A stretch of 64,000 nt of DNA. Origin: an uncultured virus (IMG/VR IMGVR_UViG_3300036790_000345) (Duplodnaviria > Heunggongvirae > Uroviricota > Caudoviricetes). The notes below the pieces were generated by a model. That model saw nothing but the letters and a program-made list of their open reading frames with translations. It did no database searches and was not told where the DNA came from. The stretch lies in the IMG/VR virus record IMGVR_UViG_3300036790_000345. One strand, given 5' to 3'. Below, piece by piece: positions 51,244 through 61,641 of the stretch (its first letter is position 1; each line of letters opens with the position of its first letter). Made by a program: the position numbers and the translations under genes.

Positions 51244-54200
51244 ATGAATCGCAACCGAAGGACACCGATGAACCTTCCCGAGCACACCCACCTCGCCTAC
51301 ATCCTGATACACGAGGCATGGTGGGCCGCCGCCAACCACATCGACCACCCGCAGCTGAGCATCTCGGCGTCCCACAAGGGCGGCGGCTGCGCGTGGGAGT
51401 TCACCGCCGAGCAGGACGAGCTAGGCGGGAGGCAGGTTGTCCGGGTCAAGATGTTCTTCGACTCGTTCGCCGCCTACGCGCAGATGCCCGAGTTCTTCGC
51501 CGCTCTGGCGGAGCAGGGCGAGAGCGCGACGCTGGACAGCGTGCGCGAAGTCCTCGATTCCCTCGGCGCGGTTGACGAGACCGAGCACGAGACCCCGATC
51601 CGCTACCGCTGACGAGATGGTCCGGGCTGTGCTGGACGCACTAGACGAGGAGGGCTGAGTTCCGATGATCACCTGGAAGCCGGGCAAGTACAGCAGCGAG
51701 CAGGGCTCGGCGGGCAGCGTGGGCCTGTTCGGTATCACCTACCGCACCAAGCACGACGCCCCGGCCTGGACGATGCGCACCTCGCTGCCGGGCCTCCAGT
51801 CGCGGCAGTGGCAGGACGACGACCGCGACGTGCTCCGGGCCCGCGCCGAGGACGTCCTCGGCGAGTGGCTGGCCCGCATCGGCGCGGTCAGGAAGACGGA
51901 GGGGTGACCGGTGACCCCCGAACAGCGCTGGGCCGAACTCAAGACCTGGCTGACCGAAGCACTCCAGCACCAGCGGAAAGTCTGCGACCACCTGCTCAGC
52001 GCCGACAGCGACAGCATCGCCGCGATGGCCGCAGCCCAGTGCATCTGGCAGACCTACGAGTCCGCGCTAGCGAAGATGGCGGAACTGGAGACCTGAGAGA
52101 TGGCCGGATTCCCCCACCGCCGCTACCCGTGCAGCGCGTGCCCCTTCCGCCGCGACACCGGCCCTGGCCAGTTCCCCGCCTGCCGCTACGAGGCGCTGCG
52201 GGACACCGCCGGGACACCCGGTGCGGAAGCCCCCCTCGGCGCGCCGTTGTTCGCCTGCCACAAGAGCCCGGAAGGCCGCGAGGAAGCGTGCGCCGGGTGG
52301 CTGGCCGTGGCCGGGTACGAGCACATCGGCATACGGCTCGCCGTCATCCGGGGTGACCTTCCGGCCGCCGCGCTGGCGCCGGGCGACAGCTGGCCGGAAC
52401 TGTTCGAGAGCTACGCCGAGATGGCAGAAGCACAGGGAGGCTGACCATGCTGTGCTCCAAGAACGTGAACGCCCTGTGCCAGAACGAGGCCACGGAGATC
52501 CTCTGCGTCCGCGCGCTCGGCGGCGAGTGGGAGACCTACCCGCGCTGCGCCGAGCACCCGGCCGCCTGGGACGTGAAGATGATCAAGCGCTTCTCGGCGT
52601 CCGCTGTGACGGTGATCGTGGCCGCCGGCGTAGGTGACGGGCGCCTCTGCGCCTCATGCGAGGAGCCCGGCTGGGTGCTCTGCCCGGCCGGCTACTGCCC
52701 GGACTGCTGTGACGGCTGCGAGCACAACCACGAGCCCGTGGATGCGGAGGCAGGCCGGTGAGCAAGACACCCACCCCCCGGGCCATCGACCGGCGCCTCC
52801 GCCAAGCCGGCCACGCGCGCTACGACGGCCGGACCCGCATGACCCGGATCAGCGTCGGCTACACCACCGGCTGGGCTCACGGCGGGGAGTGGGCGTTCGA
52901 CGGGCCTGTTGTTGTCGAGTGGTCATCCGCGCCAGGCGCATCTGACCAGACCTGCGCCGCGCTCACCCCGCTCGCTGACACCCTCACCGGAGCTGGCTAC
53001 CGGGTGGAGCGCGGAGAGCGCGTCCTGCCGCCCCTGGATGGCGAGCCCGAATACCGGTGGCCGTGCCTGATCGTCACTGCCCGGGAGGAGTCCCGGTGAC
53101 CCCCTTGATCCTCCCCGACGGCATCACCTGCGCCTGCGAGTCCGGTCAGTGGGAGCGCAGGCCCGGCGACGGCGGCACGATCATCTGCTGCGCCCGGTGC
53201 GGCACCATCGCCGCGATCGTCAGCGAGGGCGGCGCCGAGCACTCGCCAGGCGTCTCGCTGCACGAGGTCACGCTGACCATGTGCAGCCTGTGCCTGAACG
53301 GGGAGGGCGGCCAGTGCCACACGCCCGGCTGCGCCTTCTGGCTGAAAGCCGCGCCCGACATCCCGATGTACCTGGAGCCCCGCGCGAACGGAGCACACGC
53401 CATGACCACCACCGCCCCCGCCGGTCACGCCAGCCCGCACTTCATGCGCCACCCGATCACCGATGACGACTGGTGCCAGTGCCCCTGTGATGAATGCTGC
53501 GGCCACGTCGAGGGCCTGGAGGGCCTGGACTGCCTGTGCGGGGCGTGCGGCTGCCACAAGCCACTGGACGGAGCACTGTCATGACCACCACCACCGGCAC
53601 CCCGGTCACCTGCCCTCCGAGCGCGGTCCGCGACATGATCATCGAGTGGCCGGGAGTGCGCGAGGGCGACCTGATCATCTGGGACGGCGAGTTCCGGCTC
53701 ATCACGCGCCTGATCGACTACGACGGCGACCCGCTGATGTGGTTCGACGGCAGCAAGGCCGGCCCGGGCGTGTTTCCGCGCGGCACCTACGCCGCCGTCC
53801 GCCGCTACGACACCGGGGAGGGCTGACCGATGACCGTCACTCTCGTCAACCCGCAGGACATCCCCGAAGACCTGGCGCCGGGCATCTACTGCTGCCGCTT
53901 AGACGAGAGCAGCAGCCTGACCGGGTCGGCTGGGTTCCGGGCGAGGTTCGTCACGCCGCCGCGTCCACACGAGCCGGGCGACTGCCTGATCCAACTCACC
54001 AAGGAGACCGGCGATGACTGACTCCCCGGCTGACACCCTGAGGGCTGCCGCTTCGCTGATGCGGGAACGGGCCGGCGCTGCTACGCCCGGCCCGTGGAAG
54101 CACATGTGCCTCGGCTCCGAAGGCTGCCTGGTGATCCGCGACTCCGGGACCATCCGCGAGCGCGGTCGCGGCCGGGTAGCGAGGTTCGGCTGCAAGGACT

Positions 54201-57031
54201 GGCTGCCAGACCACGCAGACGCCGAATTCGTGGCCATGATGAGCCCGCCCGTAGCCCTTCTCCTCGCTGACTTGCTGGAAGACGAGGCGCGCCTTGAGTT
54301 CGGTGCCGAGCCCGACACCCCGCTTCTGCTCGCCCGCGCGATCCTGAAGGAGTCCCGATGACCGCCCCGGACCGCCCGGCCGCCACGTCCGAGACCTACT
54401 CCTGGGCAGGCACCGACGCGAAGGGCATAGCCCACATCGGCCGCACCGGGTACACAGCCACCCAGATCGCGGTCATCACCGAGAACTACTACCGCAAGGG
54501 CTGGCGGTCGCTGCGCGTGGCCCGGGGCTGGGACCTGCCGGACGCGGGCACCGCGGATCTTGTCGCCGCGATCGGGCCGCATCCGGGAACCGGGCGCCGC
54601 ACGTGGTGGGCAGAGGGCGCCGGAGACGCTGAGCGCGCCGTGAGAGCGCAGCTAGGAGAGACCGATGGCCACTGACACCGACCACGCCCGCGCCTTCCTG
54701 GACGACTTCCGCCGTCGCGGCGAGGTCTTCGGCGAGTACTCCGCGCCGGATGTCAATCGTCTCCTCGCTGCGGCTGAGGCGGTACTGGCGAAAGCCGACT
54801 CGTGGCAGCGGTTCGCCGTTCCGGGCGATGTCGGCTACGACGATGCGCAAGCCTTCCGCGAGGCCATCACCACCGCACTGCTCGGTGAGGGGGACGACGA
54901 TGTCTGAAGCCGCCCCGGACCGGGCAGCCGCCGAACTGGCCGCCATCCGGGAGTACGCCGAAGCGGCCACCAAGGGCCCATGGTGGCACGACGAGGACGA
55001 GCTGATGTGGCGCCTCCACGGCGTGCACGCGGTCATCCCGGCGTGGCCGGACGGCCTGATCGGCGAGCAGGTCATGAACCATCAGATTCTCAAGGCACCC
55101 AAGAGCGGAACACCCTACGCCGAGTACTGGCCGTCGGAAGCTGACGGCGCGTTCATCACGCGCTCGCGGTCCGACCTGCCCCGTCTCCTCGCTGTGGTTG
55201 AGAAAGTCCTGGCGGCCCATCATGACTCCGGCGGACGCTGCTCCTGGTGCCGGAACCCCGACGGCCAGCGAGCGCTATGGCCCTGCGGGGAACACCTGAC
55301 CATCACCAGGGAACTGCTCGCCGAGGGGGACGGCCATGAAACTGACTGAGAGCGCGAAAACAACCCTCCGCGCGGCCGGCGTCACGCAGGCCGAGTGGGC
55401 ACGGGCGAACTACATGCGCGACGGCAAGTGGAGCGGGGATGTGTGCGGGTGCCCGGACTCTGGCCGCTGCGCCAACGGGTTCCACCACATGGGCACCGAC
55501 GACTGCGGCTGCCTGCCCGCGCTGCTGGAGTCGTACCTCGCCGGGGAAGGAATCTTCGACGTGACCCGCGCCGAGGAGCTTCAGCGCCGGCGAGGAGGTG
55601 CCCCTGTCATGACTGACTGGGGACCGTTCGAGACACGGGATGAAGCGTCGGCCTGCCCGGCTGTCCGCGAGATCCACGAAGCGCGGCACGCCTTCACCGG
55701 CCCCGTCACCGCCGAGACCCGCCGCGCCGACGAGGCGATGATCTCGGCGCTCATCCTCGCCGCCTGCGAGGAGGCCGGGGTCACGCTGGGCGCCTACGAC
55801 CGGCGGATCGCTGAGTGGCTGGCTGGCTTCGAGCCTGAGGCGTGCGCAGTGGTTGCCGGGCTCATCCGCAGGGCGGCAGCAGCGAAAGGGGATCCCGATG
55901 GCACCTGAGACCACGCCTAGCCGCTCGGTGACCTCGCGCGGGTTCGACACCTACGACGAGTTCCGCGATTCCTACGGCGCCGAAGTCACCGTCCGCCAGT
56001 CGTCAGCCGCCAGCGGCCCGCATGTGTGGCTGTTCATCACCGGCGGCGCCATGGTCAGCCCTGATCACCCCAACGACGGCTCGGCTCACCTGACCGTGGA
56101 GCAGGCTAAGCGCGTCCGGGACGCCCTGGACGCCTTCATTAAGGAGCGCGCCCCCGATGGCACCTGAGACCCCCCCTACCGCTGAGACGCTGGCGCTGTT
56201 CGAGATCAAGGCACGCGGCTACCACAACGGCGCGCGCGGCATCCTCGCCGCACGGCTGTCGGACTGCGCCGCCATCGACATCCCCCGTCTCGTCGCTGCG
56301 GTTGAGGCAGTACTCCGTGATCACGAGCCCCGCACACCGATACCGCCGAACAGGCATTACCGGATCTGCCGGGCCTGCAGCCGCATATGGCCGTGCGCGA
56401 CTGTTCAGGACGTCACCCGGGAACTGCTCGGCGAGGAGTACGGCCATGGCTAGCACCCGCCTGGCCGGCCACGCCCTGCAGCACGAAGGCAAGCCGTATA
56501 AGCCCGGCGAGCTGAACCCGTGGCTGCGGGCCTACGGCACCTCTTCCGGCGCAGGCCTGTGCGAGTGCGGGGAGACATCGCCCGTGCTGGGGTCCGATGC
56601 TGCCCGCAAGAGGTGGCACCGGGATGTTCACAAGCCGCAGGTGCGCGCCGGGGTCACCGGGGAGGGCGAGGATGGCTAGGCAGCGCAAACCCCTTGATGT
56701 CGAGGAAATCGTCAGGCTCTACCTGGACGAGCGCCTCTGGCCGCGCGAGATAGCCGCGCGCTTCGGGACGACGGCCATGACCGTCCGCAGCCGCCTGCGC
56801 GAGGCCGGCGTCTATGAGCCCGTATCGCAGGCGCGTGACCCTGGCGAGCGGTACCTCGTGCACCTGTGCGCCCGCTGTGCCCATCCCGGCGGCCAGCACC
56901 GCCTGGACGACGGTTGCCGGTGCGGCTTTTGCGGTGGCTGGGAGGATGCGGGCGAAGGGTACTGGAGCGACGCCATGACCCGTCAGCTTGAGATCGACGC
57001 GGGCATCACCAGGGAGGACGGCGATGGCTGA
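51244..57031 (+). other. Dense cluster of small hypothetical phage genes, many Cys-rich; 52100-52444 resembles DUF6283
   Basis: Consecutive RBS-preceded or overlapping ORFs. Confidence 0.6.
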
Positions 57032-57341
57032 CACCGTCGCCGGGTTCGCCTCGTTCGCCCTGGACCGCCTCGGCGAGCACTTCCCCGGCCACGCCGCCGA
57101 CCCGGCCCAGCATCTCCTCAAGCTCGGCGAGGAGTACGGGGAGCTGACCGGGGCGTGCATGCGCTACCTCGGCCGCTCCCGCCGCGCCGGGACGCTGGAG
57201 GAGGTAGCCGCCGAGGCCGCGGACGTGCTCATCACCCTGCACATCCTCGCCGCGTCCCTGGGCATCGACCTGGACGCCGCGTGGAGGGCCAAGGCGGCCG
57301 TGATCGCGGGCAGGCCGTGGCGGGAGGCCGGCGGTGAATGA
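57024..57341 (+). CDS. MazG-like nucleotide pyrophosphohydrolase
   Basis: KLGEEYGEL...EAADVL acidic motif; GGAGG RBS. Confidence 0.8.
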   Translation: MADTVAGFASFALDRLGEHFPGHAADPAQHLLKLGEEYGELTGACMRYLGRSRRAGTLEEVAAEAADVLITLHILAASLGIDLDAAWRAKAAVIAGRPWREAGGE

Positions 57342-57512
57342 TCACCCGTGTGTCGGACCGCACTTCCGCACCATCCGGGGCCGGATGATCTGCCAGTGCG
57401 GGTGTGAACGCTGCTCCGCCGACAAGCGGTACTGCACCTGCACGGGTTGCCAGTGCCGGAAGGACGAGGACCACGACGATGCCTGACTACCCGGCACCGG
57501 ATGGAGGCTGTG

Positions 57513-58019
57513 ATGGCTGAGCCTTGGCCGAAGACAATCCCCGACCCGGCAGACCCTTCCGGGCTGGCCAGCCTGCCGATGCCGGACGAGATGGCTCGCG
57601 CAGACCAGTACGTCCCGTCCCGGGCCGAGCTCGACAATGAGGCCTACCTGGTGTCCCGCGGCGTCCGCCCGCTGGCCCTGGCCGGCCACTACCCGGCCGT
57701 CCCGCTGGTCATGTGCCGGGTGAAAACCCTGCTGCACCGGGCCCGGCAGTCCGAGCTGGTGATCCCGTTCATTTTCGCCGAGGGCGGCGACCCTGGCTCC
57801 GCAGCGTTCGGCTACGCCTCGCACCGCTGGTGCATAGACCTGCTGGAGTGGGCCCTTGACGGCGGCGTGCCGCCGGACCGCAAGCACGAGATCCTCGGCC
57901 TGCTGCTCGGCTACTCGCCGTCATCGATAGCACGGCACCAGGAACGCGGCGAGCTGTGGGCGTACCGGGACGAGGACGAGCGCGATAAAAATTCCAAGAT
58001 CAGGTTCCCGGCAAGATGA
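57513..58019 (+). CDS. Hypothetical protein immediately upstream of the Cas12m-like gene
   Basis: GGAGG RBS; ends 14 nt before the effector start. Confidence 0.65.
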   Translation: MAEPWPKTIPDPADPSGLASLPMPDEMARADQYVPSRAELDNEAYLVSRGVRPLALAGHYPAVPLVMCRVKTLLHRARQSELVIPFIFAEGGDPGSAAFGYASHRWCIDLLEWALDGGVPPDRKHEILGLLLGYSPSSIARHQERGELWAYRDEDERDKNSKIRFPAR

Positions 58020-58033
58020 AGGAGGCTGGAGTC

Positions 58034-59686
58034 ATGAGCGAACACGCTGAACGCGACGTGCCTCTCATGCGAGCCTTCGCGTACGGCTGCCCGGCACGCG
58101 CTGACCTGGACGACGCCGGCATCCGCCAGCTCCGGCTGGCGAACCAGCTGTGGAACGCGCTGGTGGAGGCCGAGCACGCGCACGAGGACGCGAAGGCCGC
58201 GATCTGGGGGCGTGACCCGCGGGTCGCCGCCGCGCAGGAAACGCTCGCCGCCGCGCAGCAGGCCGCGGATGAGATCCGGGAACGGATACGCGCCAGCCGG
58301 CAGGCTGACCGGACCACGGTGCCCCGTGACGGCGACAAGTCCGCCCTCGCGGCTGCGTCCTCGGCGCGCAGGGAGGCGAAGACGGCGCTGGACGCCGCGC
58401 GGCAGGCTGCGCTGCCCGGCCTGCGGGAGGCGTTCGGCGAGGCGAAAAAGGCCCGCGCCGCCGCGCACAAGGCCCTGTACAAGACGTTCGTGCAGGAGAA
58501 AGGGCTCGGCTGGGGCACCCACAATGACATCGTGCGCCGCCGGTTTCCTGCTGCGGTGGCGAAGGTGGAGGAACGCCGCAAGTCGGGCCTGCCCGCGCAA
58601 CTGCGGTACAGGCGGTTCGATGGCACGGGGACGCTGACGGTGCAGGTTCAGCGGCAGGCCGGGCACCCGCCGCGCACCGTCCCGGCGCTGAACAGCGGCC
58701 GGCACCCGCAGTCCGGTGTCCTGGCCCTGACCCCGTGGCAGGACATGGCAGGCCGGCCGAAGGGCGCTGCGCGGCACGGCACGCTCACGGCCAGGATCGG
58801 CCGCGGGCGCGGCTTTGACCCGTTGCGGCTGGAGATCCCCGTGGTGCTGGACCGGTACCTGCCGGCGGGCGCGGACGTGTGCGAGGTGAAGATCAGCCGC
58901 CGGGTCACCGGCACCCACGCCCGGCTGTCAGTGTCGGTCGTCTGCCAGGTTCGCGAGCCCGCGCCGCGCGGCGGCCACGCTGACGTCGCTGTGCGTCTCG
59001 GCTGGAAGTCGGCCGGGGACGGGTGGACCGAGGTAGCGCACATCGGCAGCAGCGACCCGCTCCCGGCACCTCCTGCTGCCATTGCCGCGATCACTCGCGT
59101 CAGCGGGGACGGCCTGTCAGCGGACGTGCTGTACCCGGCCGAGTGGCGGAAGCTGCTCGAGCGGGACGCGGCCATACGGTCGGTGCGTGACCAGGATCTG
59201 GAGCCGGTGCGGGACAAGGTGACTGTGGCGCTGCGGCAGGACGCCGTGCTTGCGGAGTCCCTGGGCGTGACCGCGGGTGAGGTGTCGCGGTGGCGGGCAC
59301 CGCGCAGGTTCGCGGTTCTGGCCCGGTCGTGGCCGGCCGGGCACGAGCTGGCGCCCGTGCTGGAGGAGTGGCGGCGGCGGGACAGGCACCTGTACGACTA
59401 TGAGGCACACGAGCGCGCCCAGGTGACCGCCCGGCGGCGGGACGCGTGGCGGTGCGTGGCGGCGTGGCTGTGCACCGCTGCCGCCGGGGTCGCGGTTGAC
59501 GGCCTGGACGTGGCCGCGCTGAAACGCGAGCCGGATGTCAGCCGCGAGGATCCAGAGCAGGCCCGGCGCGGCCGTGCGCAGATGCACGCCGCGGCTCCCG
59601 GCGAGCTGCGCGCCGCTGTCCTCGCGGCGGCGAAGGCCAGGAAGATACCGGTTACCGTGATACGCAGGAGAAAGGACGAGACGTGA
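58034..59686 (+). CDS. cas12m: Type V-M (V-U1) Cas12m-like CRISPR effector, 550 aa, C-terminally shortened
   Basis: QLRLANQLWNALV, KALYKTF, LRYRRFDGTGTLTVQVQRQAGHPPRT, VAVRLGWKS, WRAPRRFA, AAPGELRAAV are collinear with Cas12m motifs as I recall them; AAGGAGG RBS; adjacent CRISPR array. Confidence 0.85.
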   Translation: MSEHAERDVPLMRAFAYGCPARADLDDAGIRQLRLANQLWNALVEAEHAHEDAKAAIWGRDPRVAAAQETLAAAQQAADEIRERIRASRQADRTTVPRDGDKSALAAASSARREAKTALDAARQAALPGLREAFGEAKKARAAAHKALYKTFVQEKGLGWGTHNDIVRRRFPAAVAKVEERRKSGLPAQLRYRRFDGTGTLTVQVQRQAGHPPRTVPALNSGRHPQSGVLALTPWQDMAGRPKGAARHGTLTARIGRGRGFDPLRLEIPVVLDRYLPAGADVCEVKISRRVTGTHARLSVSVVCQVREPAPRGGHADVAVRLGWKSAGDGWTEVAHIGSSDPLPAPPAAIAAITRVSGDGLSADVLYPAEWRKLLERDAAIRSVRDQDLEPVRDKVTVALRQDAVLAESLGVTAGEVSRWRAPRRFAVLARSWPAGHELAPVLEEWRRRDRHLYDYEAHERAQVTARRRDAWRCVAAWLCTAAAGVAVDGLDVAALKREPDVSREDPEQARRGRAQMHAAAPGELRAAVLAAAKARKIPVTVIRRRKDET

Positions 59687-60216
59687 TGACAGGCCAGATA
59701 CCGTCCGGGTCGATCGGGCAGCAGCTCCGCGAGGCGCTGAAGGCGGGCGCGACGCCGGAGGATGCGGTCCGCAAGGTGCTCGGCCCGTTCGGCGCGGTTC
59801 TCGCGGAGGCAGGCAATGATCACCTGGTCGGGTATGCGCGGCCGGCGGTGCTGTCGGAGGCGCGGCGGCTGGGCCGTCAGCTGATCCGCCGGGCGGAGGA
59901 CCGGTCGTTCGGCGCGGCGCCGGCGTCGCGGGACCGGATGCGGCTGGGGCAGATCGAGTTTCACCTGCCGGATGGCCAGGTGGTGTCGTGGGCGGATGCG
60001 ACAGCGGAGCAGCACGGGGCGCGTATCGCGTGGCTGCGGACGTATATCTCCAGCGTGGAGGAGGACCTGGCCCGTCATGAGCGGGCGGCGAAGCTGCTGG
60101 CTGAGCATGGCGCGGCGAAGCTGTCCGACATCCCCGGGTGGGAGGATCTGATCGGCGACGACGCGGACAGCGAAGACGCGGATGACGGGGATGCGAGCGC
60201 TGAGGCGGTAGCCTGA
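59683..60216 (+). CDS. Uncharacterised 177-aa protein between effector and array, acidic C-terminal tail
   Basis: GTGA overlap with the effector stop, AAAGGA RBS, high-GC3 codon usage. Confidence 0.8.
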   Translation: MMTGQIPSGSIGQQLREALKAGATPEDAVRKVLGPFGAVLAEAGNDHLVGYARPAVLSEARRLGRQLIRRAEDRSFGAAPASRDRMRLGQIEFHLPDGQVVSWADATAEQHGARIAWLRTYISSVEEDLARHERAAKLLAEHGAAKLSDIPGWEDLIGDDADSEDADDGDASAEAVA

Positions 60217-60360
60217 AAGCCGGGGAGCGCTCGCACGCAGGTCAGGGCGGGTATTGCGCATCTTGACAACTGAACGTATGAGCGAAAAGGTGTTCGCGGA
60301 ACGGTCCGCTCGCAGTGGTCCCGCATACCCGCAGGCCAGGTGCCCCGTATTCTGCGAGCC
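60217..60360 (+). promoter_or_regulatory. CRISPR leader
   Basis: Non-coding, relatively AT-rich, TTGACA at 60263; at the non-degenerate end of the array. Confidence 0.6.
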
Positions 60361-61277
60361 GTCGCTATGCCGGCGCAGAGGCTTCGTATCTGCGAGCGTT
60401 GAGGTATTCAGATCGGGCCGATCTGGCGTCCCGGTCGCTATGCCGGCGCAGAGGCTTCGTATCTGCGAGAGGCCCTCCAGCGTGGAGGCCAGCTCGTCGT
60501 CGATGAGTCGCTATGCCGGCGCAGAGGCTTCGTATCTGCGAGAGGCCCTCCAGCGTGGAGGCCAGCTCGTCGTCGATGAGTCGCTATGCCGGCGCAGAGG
60601 CTTCGTATCTGCGAGCGGATCTACGACGTGCTACCGGACGACGAGAAGATCATGTCGCTATGCCGGCGCAGAGGCTTCGTATCTGCGAGGATATCAGCTG
60701 CTGGCAGTGCGGCCCGGTGTGCGCGGGGTCGCTATGCCGGCGCAGAGGCTTCGTATCTGCGAGGCATCGGTTAGTGCCGTGGCGGCCGGTCGCCAGCACG
60801 TCGCTATGCCGGCGCAGAGGCTTCGTATCTGCGAGTAGTCCACCTTCACGGCTCGCTGGTCGACGTACATGAGGTCGCTATGCCGGCGCAGAGGCTTCGT
60901 ATCTGCGAGGGGGGCAAGGCCCATACGCCTGCCTCGACTCGGACGACGTCGCTATGCCGGCGCAGAGGCTTCGTATCTGCGAGACATCCACTCCGTGAGG
61001 TCGGCGCTCGCTAGCTCGCGTCGCTATGCCGGCGCAGAGGCTTCGTATCTGCGAGATGTCGGAGACCGGGGTGACGCGCAACTCCGGCTTCGTCGTAATG
61101 CCAGCGCAGAGGCTTCGTATCTGCGAGCTGTTGATGTGGCCCACCGCGTCGGCGATCTTGTCGATGTCGTCGCTATGCCAGCGCAGAGGCTTCGTATCTG
61201 CGAGGTACAGTGTGGTGCAGGGGGCGTCTCCGACTCGCAGAGTCGTAATGCCAGCGCAGAGGCTTCGTATCTGCGAG
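60361..61277 (+). CRISPR. CRISPR array: 13 repeats of 36 bp (GTCGCTATGCCGGCGCAGAGGCTTCGTATCTGCGAG) and 12 spacers of 36-41 bp
   Basis: Repeats start at 60361, 60434, 60507, 60580, 60654, 60728, 60800, 60874, 60948, 61020, 61092, 61169, 61242; 3' hairpin CGCAGA/TCTGCG; last three repeats carry variants. Confidence 0.99.
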
Positions 61278-61311
61278 AAGCCAGCTATCCGCGCGATCCA
61301 TCAAGATCATC

Positions 61312-61641
61312 TTGTCGCAGGTGGACGACGAGGCACTGGCCGCCTTCGGCCGCAGCCTCACTGCCCAGATGGAAGGCGTCCAGGAATGGATGCGGCAGGC
61401 CTTCCATCTGCTCGCCCGCGCGGTCGCCCGGGCCGCAGACGACACGGGCAAGATGCTCGCCGCGGCGTTCAGCTACACCTGGGACGACCGGCTGCACTAT
61501 CACGCCCCGGACGCACCCCGCCGGGTGCTTCGCCGCTGCCGGGCCTGTCACCCGGAGGGCAACCCGCTCCCGCTGGCCGTTGACGGCAGGGGGTACCGGC
61601 GGCGGCAGTCAGCTCGCAGGCGGCGCGGCAGAGGCCAGTGA
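61312..61641 (+). CDS. Hypothetical protein or 5'-truncated gene remnant after the array
   Basis: Coding-like composition but no clear RBS or start. Confidence 0.35.
   Translation: MSQVDDEALAAFGRSLTAQMEGVQEWMRQAFHLLARAVARAADDTGKMLAAAFSYTWDDRLHYHAPDAPRRVLRRCRACHPEGNPLPLAVDGRGYRRRQSARRRRGRGQ

Noticed and set aside
58034..59686. IS200/IS605 TnpB transposon
   Set aside because: No tnpA or zinc finger, longer than typical TnpB, Cas12m-like motifs and a real CRISPR array nearby
60397..61313. Self-targeting spacers within this window
   Set aside because: No match found by eye; this was not an exhaustive search, so partial matches remain possible
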